Shown here: positions 37,223-50,490 of the stretch, piece by piece
How positions within the stretch are numbered: position 1 is the stretch's first letter
Layout: each line of letters begins with the position of its first letter
NCBI RefSeq assembly: GCF_036321535.1
Contig: NC_087447.1
Coordinates: 38,008,001-38,072,000 of the forward strand
Length of the DNA: 64,000 nt
Direction: 5' to 3'
DNA from: Camelus dromedarius
Lineage: Eukaryota
Translations under genes and position numbers: made by a program
The notes under the pieces: model-generated
The model's input: only the letters and a program-made list of their open reading frames with translations
Told to the model about the DNA's origin: nothing
Databases searched by the model: none

Positions 37223-38639
37223 TTCCAAGCCACCTGGTTTCTGCTGCCAAGTAAGCCCAGAGATTGTTGCTTAGCTGTGATCTCTGTTTCTCTCTTCCTC
37301 TTCTCCCTTCCCTCTCTCTCCATTACTTTTTCTTAGCTGATCTCTTTTCCTCTCTCAGAGTGTCTATCCATTTGTCTCTGGGCCTCTTTATCACACAATC
37401 TGTGCTCATCCGCAGTTTGTCGCCGCCTCCTTTCACAGTATGCTCTCAGTTCGCAGACTCCCTGCTCCACTCTTCCCATGCTGAAGCGGGCTCCAATCTC
37501 GCTGTCTCCACACACGTGCTTAGGTCAATTTGGGGTGCTGGAGCTCTGCAGGCAACTCCTGCAGAGCAGGATGCAGGAATAGATTCGAGGAACGTGCGCT
37601 CACGGGTCACATCTTGTACCTAGTGGTCCACGGCAAATGGGTGCGAAGCCTGGGCTAGCCAAGCAGGTGGCAAACAGGTGCAACTGAGGAGCAGGTAACC
37701 ATTAAAAGCAAGTCCCAGCTGCAGGTTCTAGGAGCTTTTTCTCCAATTTAAGTCCTGTATATCAATTTGACACTTTGCCAGCTTGATTCTTACAGGATAC
37801 TCCTTGGCAAGGTGGCTGAGAATTAGAATTTTGTTGTTCAGTTTCTCAGGGATTCCAACCACAGAGATTTGTCCTCTCTAACCCCCTCCCCTCACCTGGT
37901 ATGGGTAAAAGCCCTGCATCAGAAGGACAGCTCTGTATTGCACTATGGGAAAAGCTGTGGTGACAGGGTACTCAAGGGTCTATTCTCCTGGAGTCTTGGC
38001 CAATAAGTTGCCTGTGAGAATGTGTGGGGTGTTGGGGGGTGGGGGGAGGCACTAATGAACTGAGATCTCTTCACCCTAGACAGTTTCCCTTCATGGGCTC
38101 CTTCTTCCATAAAAACTTTTAAACATTATATGTTACAACTGTCTGTTATAAACTGAATATAACCCAGGCTTGGTTGATTACTATATGTTCATTTTTTTCT
38201 TAATTAAAAATCTTTTTCTTATTTAAAATTAAAACCTTTTTCAAGGGCTCTTAACCTGTGCCTTTTGTGTCTAATGGATGAATCAATACTATCTCAAAGC
38301 CACCCTTTGCACAAATTAACTCTATTTCTATCTGTCTGTCTATCTATATTTCCATCTACCTGAATACTTGGGTCTACTTCTGCCTTCTCATTCAGGTTCT
38401 GAGATATACATTTCTATCTGATATATCTGAAATACAAGAAACACAGTATTTTAACCATTATTGGTTCTTAATATGTTCTGATATTTGTTATAGATGATTT
38501 GTATCCCAGAGTTTTTCTTTTTAGACCTCTTGACCAGTTATTTTCCAAGTGAATTTTAGATCCCTTCTATTTATTATAATGGAAAAATCCTCTTAAAATT
38601 TCCTTGTATTTGTAAGTTATCTCAAAGAGATATGACATC

Positions 38640-38930
38640 TTTTGAAAAATACGATCTTAGCCATTTTTAAGTGTACAGTTCAGTGGTACTGAGTGCACTA
38701 ATATTGTACAACCATCACCACCATCCATCTTCAGAGTTCTTTTCGTCTTGCAAAACTGAAACTCTGTACCCATTAAATAGTAACTCCCCTTGACCCCTAC
38801 CCTTTAGTCTCTGGTAACCACAATTCTACTTTCCTTTCTTACTTTGTTGGTTTTTAAATTTTCTCCTCTTTTCCCCCATACTCCATCTTCTGGTAACCAT
38901 CAGTCTATTCTCCATTTCTATGACAGACAG
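38640..38930 (-). mobile_element. L1 3' UTR fragment
   Basis: ttagccatttttaagtgtacagttcagtgg...caaccatcaccaccatccatct...aactgaaactctgtacccattaaa. Confidence 0.75.
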
Positions 38931-39914
38931 TAACTCAGGAAATGAGAGTCAGAGAGATAAAAGACAGATAGAAAAAAAATAACAAAATGACAGAAGTATG
39001 TTGACTGAAATAAAATGCACAACCTAAAACTTGAGAGTTATGTTTTATTCAGTGGATATTTTTGAGGACTCAAAACCCTCCAGCCTGGGATGACAGCCTC
39101 TCAGATCACTCTGAGGGACTCCTTCAAAGGGGTAGGGGAGGAGCCAGTTTTCTTCCCCCTGTTTATTGCTGAGCTGTATTCCAATGCATCAATATACCAC
39201 AGTATTTATTGATTCTCCTGTTGATGAACACCTGGACTGTGTCCATTTTTGTCTTTTCTGAATAAAGCTGCCATAATTTTCCAATGTTTTATTTGACATT
39301 TATGAATTTTGACATGAATAAGGTTGTACATTTTCATTATCTTTGTTCAATAGTTGTAATTCCTCTTTAATGAGTTATATATTTAATCATGGCCTTTGTT
39401 TAATAATTTCTCAGAATGTCACACATTTTCTTACACAGTTTTTAAAGTTTTTCAAAACAGTAAATGTATTACCTTTGTAACTATCTTACTTATATGTTGG
39501 TATTTGGCTATTTTCATAACTTTTACTTAGTGATGGCCAATCCTCAAACGTTAGTTATAAAATAGAGATTCTGTCTTATAAAACGTTCTAAAATAGTCTG
39601 AGAAGATTAACTCTGTATATTTTGAACAAATTTTTGTCTCTTTGGAAATTTAATACCACTATCATAGGAATACACACACATACACACATACACACAACTC
39701 TACAGAGACAAAATGAGTGGTTAAACTATGATTTTAAAAGTCCTGTGTAAGTTCTAGCCAATCACCACTTTCATAGCTGAGAGTTTATTACCAAGTTCTG
39801 AAACTGAGTAATAGATCAAGTAGTCAAAATGAATTTTTCAAAGTTTCCATTTTCCTTGGGATTATAGTTACTGAAAAATTGTATTTCAGAGCTTAGTTTA
39901 AAATACCACTTTTT

Positions 39915-40250
39915 GGGGGGGAGGGTATAGCCCAGTGGTGGAGCACATGCTTAGCATACACAGGGTCCTCGGTTCAATCCAGTACCTCCATCAAAAATAA
40001 ATAAGTAGGGGGAGGGTATAGCTCAAGTGGCAGAGCACATGCTTAGTACGCAGGAGGTCCTAGGTTCTATTCCCAGTACCTCCATTAAAAATAATAATAA
40101 CTAAATAAACAAACCTAATTACCTCCTCCTTCAAAAAAAAAAAAAAGAGCAGAGTTCAGCAAATGTTAAAAAATAAATAAATAAATAAATTTAAATAAAT
40201 AAATAAACCTAATTACCTCACCCCCCCAAATAAAATAAAATAAAATAAAA
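39915..40250 (+). mobile_element. Two nested Vic-1-like SINEs (inner ~40008-40170)
   Basis: Two SINE heads (39915, 40008) followed by two aaacctaattacctc tails; outer TSD aaaataccac at 39900 and 40247. Confidence 0.9.
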
Positions 40251-40519
40251 TACCACCTTTCAATCAATCCATGTGTGAGCAAGACTATTTTTTAAGCCTG
40301 CTTCTTCTTCTATCTTGGCAGGATTTCAAGATCTTTAACTGGTGTGTTCCAAACTGTACAGAGATTATAATTTTCAAAGGACAGAACCAAAAGCCTTCTA
40401 TCAAATGGCCTATTGTGAGAGGAAGCAGTAAGAAAATGAAATATTTGCTAGCCTGCTGTATATTAGAATATTATCAAAGAGAACTTCCTTATAGCTCACA
40501 CTTCATACCTCACCTTTAG

Positions 40520-41295
40520 GGGGCCTGCGAGGATGAGTCTAGTAATACATCACCAAGCAAAATTCCCTTTTGGGTACCCTGCTACCTGAATTTGTCAGCT
40601 GTCCATGCACAAGTGCCATAGTTCTCTTTGATAACCATCCTGTGGTTATTTTCCCATTTCCAGAATCCATAATTGGAATAGACGTACTTAGCAGTTGGCA
40701 GAATCCCCACATTGGTTCCTGAATGTGAAGTAAGGGCTATTGCAATAGGAAAGGCCAAATGAAAGCCATCAGAACTGCCTCAACCTAGCAAAAGTGTATC
40801 AAAAGGAATACCACATCCAGGAAGGCTTTCAGATTAGTGCTACCACTGAAGAAAGATGTTAGAGTAGTGACTCCCCCACATTCCTATTCAACTTTCCTGT
40901 TTGCACTTTGCAGAAGACAGATGGAGCCTGAAAATGACACTGGATTATGGTAAGCTTAACCAAGTATTGGCTGCAATTGCTAATGCTGTGCAGTCCTCTC
41001 CTTCCCTCAGACAGCAGTGTTCTGGTTCTTAGGTGTTTGGACTCAGACTTACACTTGTTTCTCAGGACTTCACTGCTTCTCAGGCCTTCAGACTCAGACT
41101 AGATTATATCACAAGTTTATGTGGTTCTCCAGTTTGCAGATGATAGATCATAGGTCTTAGCCTCCATAATCTTGTGACCCAGTTCCTATAATAAATCTCC
41201 TCTTATCTATATATATCTATATATCTCTATTACTATTTCTATCTTCATGTATATATCCTCTTGGTTCTGTTTCTCTGGAGAACACTGACTCATAA
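40520..41295 (+). mobile_element. ERVL/MLT2 internal fragment and LTR end
   Basis: tgcagaagacagatggagcctgaaaatgacactggattatggtaagcttaaccaagt (ERVL pol-like); LTR end ttggttctgtttctctggagaacactgact. Confidence 0.75.
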
Positions 41296-42791
41296 ATTTA
41301 ATAAACCTATATTTGGAAATCTAAACCAAAGAAATTATCTCAAACATAGAGAATCTTGTATGAAGGAAGATGTTTGTTATAACACTATTTATATAGCTTT
41401 ACCACAAGTAAGCACAGGGAAATTTTAAGTTTCACTATGATCCTAATTGTAAGATTGTGTTCTAAAGATAACAACACACAAATCTGATGTCATCAAACTA
41501 AAACTTGACACAAAAAAATGAGATACTTATGTTTTATGAACTGTTAAATTTAGGAATGATATTCTCAAGTTGTCTGAATCTCAAAAGTAACACTTATGCA
41601 ACTCCACTGTAGGCTTTTCACTAAAATACACTAGTCAACAGACTTCTCTTTTCTCTACCACTACTTGCTAAGACATTTGGTTCTCTAGGGCAATGGATGT
41701 GTTCAAAAGAAAATATAGTCAGGTCTTTCAGCACCACTGATTGCAATGAAAGACACAATGACTGTACTTAAATTACTAAAAGATACTAATGTGTGGGAAA
41801 CTTTCAGCTTTGCAGCAGAAAATTATGTATTTACTCATTATTTCACAGTAAATCCTAAATCTCCTAAATAATTAAAGTAAAAGAGACAGACATTTTGCAG
41901 AGCCCAGATTTCTGGTTCCACTGGTACTGCTTTGTGCTCAGTAATTCTGTGAGGAATGACTAAAGGAACACATGGCCAAGTCCAGAGCCCATATTTCTGG
42001 TTCTTCTGGTGCTGTGTTATGTGAACTTGAGGAGAGAATTTCACCTCCACTGAGTCTCAGATGCATAATATTTAGAAGGGGGTCTTCAACAAGATGGTCA
42101 CTAAGTGTTCATCCACTTTAGACATCTAATCTCTTTAAATACAAGGAAAGGAACAAAGATGTCAACATTAGAAGATGTCCATTAGGGTGCTGGAGGAGAG
42201 GCAGTGGCAGGGCGTGGTTGGCTGAGCATCCCCAGGAAATCGCAGGCATGACTCCTGGGAGAAATGTGATCTCTCTACAGCCATCTAGCCTTTGGAAAAA
42301 TTGTGAAGAGAAAGAAGTTTCTTATTGAAATCCTTCTTCTTTCTGCACCTCTTACTTAAATCCTCATACCTACCACCATCAACATGACCATGCCAACAAC
42401 TCCAACAAATTAGTGTCATCATGCCTCCCATTCTGTCCTGCCTCTAAGAAAATGTTGGAATAAATACATTCACATATAAGTGCAGTTTTAGGGAATTTCT
42501 AACACTTTACTCTTGCCCTCAGGGTTTGCAGTTTCCAACTTAGCCTGTTTTAGAGAATGTTTAATTCATATAAATTAAACGGTAAAGATTAAGTTTCAGG
42601 CAAGGTAGGGACATTTTTAGTCATCAAAGGGTGATTTCATAAAGCTCCTCAAATCCCAAACAGAGGTGACACACTCTACCAGCTTCACCCCAGTGCGCAG
42701 CTCCTAGGAGCATCAGGAAAATCTAAGTGCACAGACCCTGTTCCTATTTACCACTTTGTCATCAAATTCATCATTTCAGTACGCCACATAC

Positions 42792-43036
42792 CAGAGTCAG
42801 GACTCTGGTGAGGCATGTGAGGCATTCAACTTGGGAGCAAAATAAATGGGCACCAGCAATCAAGATATTTTAATGTAACACTTTAAAATCAAAATTAATG
42901 CAAAAAATCTGTGATGAACAAAATATCAAATTTTTAATGAGCGAACATCAAGATATCAAAATTTTAATGAGCCAATATCAGTATTGTTGATTTTGTTTTT
43001 CTTTTGCCTTAGGCTCCAATATGGTTGGCAAGGCAC
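42792..43036. mobile_element. hAT-Tip100 (MER91-like) DNA transposon relic
   Basis: cagagtcaggactctggtgaggcatgtgaggca...aggctccaatatggttggcaaggcact. Confidence 0.45.
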
Positions 43037-43115
43037 TTTTTTTTTTTTTCCTTTGGTGGAGAGTGGTAATTAGGTTTATCTATTTTTAGAGGAGGTACTG
43101 GGGATTGCACCCAGG
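43037..43115 (-). mobile_element. 5'-truncated Vic-1-like SINE
   Basis: polyT, ggtaattaggtttat...ggaggtactgggattgcacccagg. Confidence 0.75.
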
Positions 43116-44384
43116 GCTCAGGCTAGGGACACAGCCATTCAAGAACTGGCAGGGAGCCCTCACAATGAGTCCTGAGGGGAAGCTCCCAAAGCCCAAGAAA
43201 GAGGCTCTCCCTGGAGCACAGCAACTCAGTCCTCTGTTGAAACCATTATCTGTCTGCACACAGAGAGGTCAGAGCCATGTATAGGGTTTTCACATTCCTC
43301 CAGGCACCCATTTCACCCAGCATTCTAAAGACCAGATCGCTGCCATGAAACAGAGAAGTCCTTCATTTCCTGTTCTACCAAACATCCTTGTCCTGATAAA
43401 AGTCCACAAACATAATATAGGTTGTTTTCTATCACTCTAAGAGCAAACGCTGGGAGGGGAAACAAAGAGAGCTATTTCTCTTTGCTGAGCGCTGAAAGAA
43501 CACGCTTAATGATGAAAATGATGACAGGGAAGGATCTGTGTTCTCAGAGACTTTTAGTGAGTCGTGACAACCTCCCACACACAGTGTCCCCAAGGGGCAG
43601 TAGGGGTGGGGAGGAGGCATCTCATCAGTGTTGTTAGTGAGTCAGGCTGCTGTCAGGGCTCCAGCTCTCCTCTGCTAACGTAGGCAGGGGGAGAATGTCA
43701 AAGGAGAAATGCTCCTTACTTTTAAGTGAATAAGAGCATATTTTCAGAGTGGAAAATAATCTTTTTTGAAAAAGATGACGGAAAGGGGCCACTCTTGAAC
43801 TGAGTACCATACTGCGTAACAGTTATAGCCAGTCTAGACAACGCAAGCCTGATGAAGTTGGGAAAGGCAGGCAGGGCTGACCTCAGACATCCGGTAGGTG
43901 ACACTCCCACATTCCTGGGGCCTCAGCATCACTGTGGCCCACCTGCAATGCCAATATCCATCCTAGGCCAACTCCATTGACTTTTGATTAAACATTGAGG
44001 ATTAAGTTTAGCAATGATCAACTCTCTTATTATTTTTCCATTTTACTAGAAGATTCTTGAGTAATAAGAATTTTAAGGAATCCCTAAAGGTAATATATCA
44101 GGCATTTGTAATAGGCAATAGGTAGATATTCCATGGCTGGAGAGCCTGGGAAACATACCTTCAGACACTAGAGATGTCCATAGACCAGAGAGTGAGCTCA
44201 AAATATTTAAAGTTCTAAGATTAACTAACTTCCTGGCTTCAGCTCTAGTGTATTTGCATCAGAGGTATAGAAAGTGAGAGACTGGAAACACTCCCAGAGG
44301 ACAAGGTTTGCTTAGTACATGGCAGCCTCTGCTCTTGGCATTCTCTCTTTGGAATATTTCCCCCCACATTCCCCTCTGGATCCT

Positions 44385-44880
44385 CCCTCACCCCTAAAAT
44401 GTCCACATCCTAATTCCCAGAACCAAAATATGTTAGGTTTCATGGCAAGGGGAAATAAAATGGAATTAAGGTTGCTAAACAGCTGACTTTGAGATGGGGA
44501 GAGTATCCTGGATTATCCAGGTGGGCCCAATGTAACCACAAATTGAAGTGTCCTTCTAAAGTAGATGTAGGCAGAAGGTAGGCAGAGAAGGGGACAGAAG
44601 AGAGTCAGTGAGATCCAATGTGAGATTTTGCTGCCTTTGAAGATGAAGGAAAGAGGACGTGAGTCAAGGGATGTGGGTATCCCCTAAAATTTGAAAAAGG
44701 TAAGAAAGTTGATTCTTCCCTAAAACCTCTAGAATGAATGCAGCCATACCGACGCCTAGGTTTTAGCTCAGCAAGACCCACTTTTGACTTATGAGCTCAA
44801 AAACAGTAAGATAATAAATTTGTAGTTTTTAGGTACTGTTTGTGGTAATTTATTATAGCAGCTGTAGGAAACTAATACAG
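44385..44880 (+). mobile_element. MLT1D-like solo LTR upstream of CYP2R1
   Basis: gtccacatcctaattcccagaacc...ctggattatccaggtgggcccaatgtaa...gcagctgtaggaaactaataca. Confidence 0.8.
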
Positions 44881-44912
44881 CTTCTTATCATTTGATCTAA
44901 GCTCAAATGTCA

Positions 44913-44998
44913 TTTATTTCTTGTTGATGGAGGTACTGGGGATTGAACCCAAGACCTCTTGCACTAAGCATGCACTCTACCACTGAGCTATACCCCTC
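44913..44998 (-). mobile_element. Vic-1-like SINE
   Basis: ggaggtactggggattgaacccaagacc...agcatgcactctaccactgagctatacccc. Confidence 0.88.
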
Positions 44999-45729
44999 CA
45001 GCTCCCTCAAATGGCATCTTCTTGAAGAGACTTTTCTTGATATCTCTCACCTGCTAGAGCATTTCCCCATGCCCAGGCATTCTCTATAACACACTTTTAT
45101 TTTCACCTGCTTATGATTATCTAAAATTATTTACGTGTTTATTCCTCTTCTCTCTCACAAGAATGTAAGTTCTAGGACAGTAGGGACTTTGTTGCTCTTT
45201 TCACATATTATCTCTATTGCTTTGGGTAAACTACCCAATGCAAAACAGGAATAGAAACAGAAATAGCAAATACAAATTTCCAAGTTGGCAATAAGTTGCT
45301 TAACTTTAGGTAGTGAAGGCAAAACGTTTCAACAGTAAGAACAATCCCTGGGCAACTGCAGAACAGTCTTGTGTGACTGCCAGTAAGTAACCAGTTGGAC
45401 AACCAGAAAGCTGTGAAAAGATACATGATTAACTCAGGTTCCCTAAATATTGCGTAATTAAAATTCTTCAGGAATCACATGCAAAAACACCTTATAAAAT
45501 AAGGACCAAAGAACAGATGAGTAAAAGGCCAAATGGTGGGATTATTTTCTTTTTATGTTGATGGGTCAATTCTTTAATGGAGATTCTAAAGATAACCAGG
45601 TTCTGCTAAAGACTGCAGTGCTGGTAATCTCCCTAGTTTTTCTCATCTTGAAATAAGCAGGCCTGGTTCCTAAAAAGGTACCCAGAGAAAGGGCAGTAGG
45701 CCAGGGAAGCAGGATCCGCCTGGCCCACT

Positions 45730-46950
45730 GAGGGAGGTGGTGCTGTCAAGTCTCCGAGGCCCAGGTGTCAACAGCCTCCCTGCTCGGTTCCCAGCCAGGG
45801 GGGAGCCCTGCCCAGAACCGCTCCCAAACCCAAACGGCCGCGCCCGCCTCCACAGAGCTGACTCTGCGCTGGGAAAAGCCAGGAGTAACCCGCCCGAGGG
45901 CCCTACGCTCAGCCAGCCAGCCAATGGCCATGGAAGTGGGGCGGGACCTCGGGGTATCAGGCCAATGGGACGCGGCGAGGTTGGAGCGCTCTCAGGGTCC
46001 CAGGGCTGCCGGGGTTAGGAACCCCAGGCCCCGGCCATGTGGGAGACTCCCGATGCTGAGGCGTTCGCTGCGGCCCTCCGCGGCTCTCTCTTCCTGCTGC
46101 TCTTCGCGCTGGGGGTCCGCCAGCTGCTAAAGCAGAGGCGGCCGTCTGGCTTCCCCCCAGGACCTTCGGGGCTGCCGTTTATCGGCAACATCTACTCGCT
46201 GGCCGCCTCAGCTGAGCTCCCTCATGTCTACATGAAAAAGCAGAGCCAGGTGTACGGCGAGGTACAGCCCCACGGGCCGCGGGCAGGGAGGGCCCGGGCC
46301 TTCCTTCCGGGTGGGCTGACGTTCGTGGGCACGAGCTGTAGGGGCTCCTCTCCGTGTGCCGGAGGCTTGGAGGGAAACCCGCTTCCGGGTTCGGGGGGGC
46401 GAGGTTCTCGACGCCGCCCTGCCGCCGGGGAAGCCCCGCCTGCCCGACGCCGCGGGGTCCTGGCGGGATCCTCACGCCCCTTAGGGCGCGGAGGCGGTGC
46501 TCCCGCGCCTGCGCAATGGGGTCCCCAGTCCGCCCCGTCAGGCGTGACCTTGCTCCCCTCAGCGGGCAGCCCCAGCGCTCAGTTTCTCGCCTCCACGGAG
46601 CCGCGTACCGCGTGTAGGTTAGATTCCCTTCCACCCAAGACTTCTCGGGAAAACCAGGCTTCCGAATTCTAAGACAGAGTTAATGGTTAATAAGAGTTTG
46701 TTGGATGTTTGCACTTGAGAACGGCTGGTCTAGACGTCTGTTGTGAGGATTAGAGAGCGCAGGGGAGGGCCTCTGGGAAATAATTGTGAAAGAGCGAATA
46801 AATTAATGAGTAAAAGTTGGTGCCGAGTCCCACCGGGAGCCAGGAGCGTCCCGACGGCAAACACTGAGACTGCGCCTGCGGTGGACCAGCCGCCCCTCCA
46901 AAGCGGGCTCGTCCACTCAGCCGCCCAGGCGGGGCGGGTGCTCTGGTTCC
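45730..46950 (+). promoter_or_regulatory. CYP2R1: CpG island and TATA-less promoter of CYP2R1
   Basis: Visibly GC/CpG-rich across exon 1; CCAAT boxes at 45921-45925 and 45962-45966; GC box GGGGCGGG at 45938-45945. Confidence 0.85.
46037..46261 (+). CDS. CYP2R1: CYP2R1 coding exon 1 (aa 1-75; membrane anchor and proline-rich hinge)
   Basis: ATG at 46037; translates [55 protein letters not shown]...QSQVYGE, recognisable as the CYP2R1 N-terminus; donor GAG|GTACAG with GT at 46262; 225 nt. Confidence 0.97.
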
Positions 46951-47854
46951 TTCCCCCCCATCCCCGTTTTACAGAGGAGGAAACTGCAGCACAGACATGT
47001 TGAGTGACTTGCAGGCAGCCATACAGCTGCTAACTAGCAGGGGGAAAGGGCCAGGACAGTAGCTTGCGTTTGGAAGGGTGTCGTGACCTCAGAAGGAGGC
47101 AGAAGTTTCCTAAACACTGGCACTGACCTGGCTCACTTGATTTGTTTTGAATCCATTCTTAATAGGAAACAACCATGCAGGTTCTAACAGGTGCTGGGGA
47201 TGAAGGGGTAGAAAGCAGTCACAACCCGATTTTAGGGGATTACAGCCTACTGAGAAAAAAATTAACGATTGACCACAAATTGTGAGTGTTTTGAAGGAAA
47301 AGTACAGCATCCATTTTTAAACCAGTTTTTACAAGAATTATTCTAGGTTTATGCAGTTCACTGATGATTACATTGCTAAAGGGAGGCTGGACTTAGATAA
47401 ACCGAATATATATAATTCTTAGGGTTTTTTTCCCCCATCCTCCATTTCTTCAAGATTTGAGTGTATTTCCATGATTTCCAGTGAATATGTGTGGTCTCTG
47501 GTATGTTGGTACAAAGCATCATTAATATTCTAGAGAAATCATAAGATGTGAAAGTAAAAGACTGGAATTTTCTCTCTCATCTGATAAAATTTGACCTTTA
47601 CTTGTCTGAGTCTTAATTTCCCTGGTACGTATAATAATAGTAATAATAATTGAATACTGTTAAGTGCTACTCAGATGTTCTTGGTTGTTAATTACAGAAC
47701 AATTTATTAGGTCTACAAAGTAGTATTTTTAAAGCAGTGGTGTCATGCAGGATTGGAAATTGTTTTTCACATGTAGGTATTTGAACAGAAAGAAACTCTG
47801 TGTTTACTATGAACATTCTTTTGGGAGTGGGGGTAGTCTAAGTCTACAAGAAGT

Positions 47855-48462
47855 ATTACCCAAAATTTGAGTTTGCCTTTTGATGAGTGTGGAGCCAAAA
47901 GACACAACGAAGGCAAAGATCAGAAGAAGAAAAGATTTATTACTTGCAGCAAGTAAGGAGAATCCAGGGATTTTTCCCAAAGCAGTGCCTCCCTAAACAC
48001 TAAAATTGGGGAAGTTTAAACCAAGTTACATCATGTTCATGAATGCTTGGACGGTATATGCATATTCATGAAGCGGCTTGAGCAGGAAAATTCAGCATAG
48101 ATTTGGGGCAAAGGACCAAGCTTTGGTTGATTGAAGTCCCAAGGGTCAGAAAAGGTCAACATCATCTCTAAGATTCCAGTTGATCTGGTGGTTGAGTGCT
48201 TCAGGCTAATCTTTACCATTGAAACAACTGGGAGTCTTTACAACTGATATATTATCTTTGCTATTGTTACTTCTCTTGCCTGATAACAGTCCTTCATTCT
48301 TTTGTTTCCTTAAAATCATTATTACTGAAACCTTTTCAAGAGCAAGCATTGTGGCTAGTATTAGATCCCAAAATGGCTTGGGCCAAAAATGACTTCTCTT
48401 ACGTCAAGAAAGCCATGCCTCATTCTCTTTCTCCTGTGACCCCTGGCCCTTTCTGCTTACAA
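47855..48462 (-). mobile_element. ERV solo LTR in CYP2R1 intron 1
   Basis: tgagtgtggagccaaaagacacaac...agatttattacttgcagcaagtaaggagaa...ctgcttaca; reverse-strand poly(A) signal. Confidence 0.65.
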
Positions 48463-49969
48463 ACAATAGATTGTAAATTAAAGTATAAATGTATTGGAAG
48501 AGTGGCATCTTGGGATAGGTAACTCTGGTTTAATGGATTTTGGCATGAGTTACCAGCTTTCCTGGTGGTACAGGTATTTGAGCCAACCATGGTTCTTTAC
48601 CAAGAGGTGTTTTTACTGAAAGTGGTAAAATCAAATAGAGTTAACCTGTGCTATTAGGCGCAAGAGGGGCAGAAGAAAAAGAAAAAAGAACGGAAGTGGA
48701 AAGGATGTGTGCATTGAAGAGTAGACATTGTTTGAGTAACTCTGCCTTAGACTTAAGTGGAAAAGAGTTAATGTATTAACTCTTTAAGCTAGTTGTTCTC
48801 TATCTTGGTTGTGAAATACCTCTACAGGTCTCCCATTATCTTAGACATATTTTCCAATTCTTACAGTCTCAAAGTTTGTATGAGTTGTTTGTTAAAATAC
48901 CAAACCTTTTTTTGGAAATGGGAGGAAACTATTATCTCCTTTACTTCTAGAAGGTTGTGGGAAGTTGTTTATATGTCTTATTTACAAAAAGAATCTTACT
49001 TTTCCACTTGATGATCTGGAGATGTGTGCTCAGAGGAAAAAAGCCCTGGACTTTAAAATTGCTTCTGAGAAACGACGATCACTTCAAGTGACATCTGCTT
49101 TTATGAAGTCTGTGAATTCAGTTCTCCTTCATAATTCTTGAAAGGAAGACAGCCAGTCCTCAAGTCTTATACAGTCATTTTAAAGACAGTCTTATATAGA
49201 AATGTTCCACATTGAGAATTACCATTTCCTTGGAGATTCGCTTTGAATGCGTAAGCTTCTGCAGTGACTAATCTTAACCTAGATTTCAAGAAGCATTCCC
49301 TAGCTAGCAAAGCTAGTAAGAGGACTTTTTATAGGTTATTTTCAGGTAATGCACGTAAGGATAATAAAGTAATTACTTTGAGGCAAGTGGAGTTGACAGC
49401 TTATAATTTACTTATACAGTAAGCATTTATTGAGATTTATGCAAAGCATTGAATGAGATTCTATGGAGTGTTCAAAGATGAAAGAGATGAAATCACTGAA
49501 TCTAAGGAGTTTATAATTTAGTAGGCAAGTAGAAGACAGGAATATGAATACTTCTGGTTTTAAGTAGTAGTAAATAAGTGCCATGGGAGCTTCTAAGCAT
49601 GTGCTGTGTTGGTTTAAGGCAGAAAAAGAGAGTGCACCAAGAAATGCTTGATAGAGATTGGTCCCTAAAGACTTGGTGGGGTTTGGCAGTATGGCAGTCA
49701 AGGGAAGTATTCCCAGCATGTGGCAATTATCAGTTTTCATCAGCAACACTTTTTACATTCCTTTGTTCTTAGCACTTAGCCCAAAGTGTTGTAATAATAT
49801 ACTTAAATGTGTGTCTCCACCACTATTTATTAATTCAACGTATATTTATCAATTGTTATCATATGCTATGTAATATCCTAGGTGTGAAGATATAGCAGTG
49901 AACAAAACAGATGAAAATCCCTGCCCTTGTGTAGCTTACATCCTAGCAGTGGAGGGAATGAGGGGAGCC

Positions 49970-50490
49970 GTGTTATCGAGCCCAGACTTATTTGCTCCCT
50001 GCATGACAGGCCAGTAAATCTGGAGACCAGGTGTTGAGGCAAGGAATAAGGACTTTATTTGGAAAGCCAGCTGACTGAGAAGATGAGGCACTATTGTCCT
50101 AGAGAACCACGTTGCCTGAGTTAGAATTCAGAGTTCTTTTATACTAAAAGGTGGTTGGGGGAGGTGGCTGGTTGTTGCAAACTTCTTGGTATAGGCCAGA
50201 CCCTAGATGGGATAAAACAATGCTTTGCTTTTGCAGCTGACTATGTAGGTCTGGTCATGATATTCCTCTAAACATATAAGACAGATGTTATTCTCTGTTC
50301 CGCAACTTTTAATCTCTATATGAATGGAAGTGTTAAACCCTTTAAGGCCAGAACCTTGAGAATGAGCTAGCCTGTATATTTCAGGCTATCAACAACATTC
50401 TTAACTTGAAGCAAAAGCAATAAAATATAAAGGTTAAAGTAAAACAAATAGATCTAATATGTAGTCAGATTTGTTCTTCCTTATTACAGT
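49970..50490 (-). mobile_element. ERV solo LTR inserted in an L2 (L2 ~49830-49960 and ~50490-51020)
   Basis: tgttatcgagcccagact...ggtgttgaggcaaggaataaggactttatttggaaagccagc...tattaca. Confidence 0.65.

Noticed and set aside
37114..37323. Minus-strand ORF with strong donor ACG|GTAAGA at 37118/37117
   Set aside because: Low-complexity start, no recognisable homology, and it overlaps sequence better explained as CALC-like flank/MIR
1..46000. Calcitonin/CGRP/CRSP coding exons expected from synteny
   Set aside because: I found no MGFxKF signal exon, CxNLSTC or CNTATC motif on either strand by eye or in the ORF track; a very decayed pseudogene cannot be excluded without TBLASTN
46037..46672. 211-aa ORF starting at the CYP2R1 ATG
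   Set aside because: Residues after E75 are read-through into GC-rich intron 1; the real exon ends at 46261
45670..47003. Several overlapping ORFs on both strands, including an upstream ATG in strong Kozak context at 45930
   Set aside because: Expected from stop-codon scarcity in a CpG island; the upstream ATGs lie among the CCAAT/GC boxes, probably 5' of the TSS
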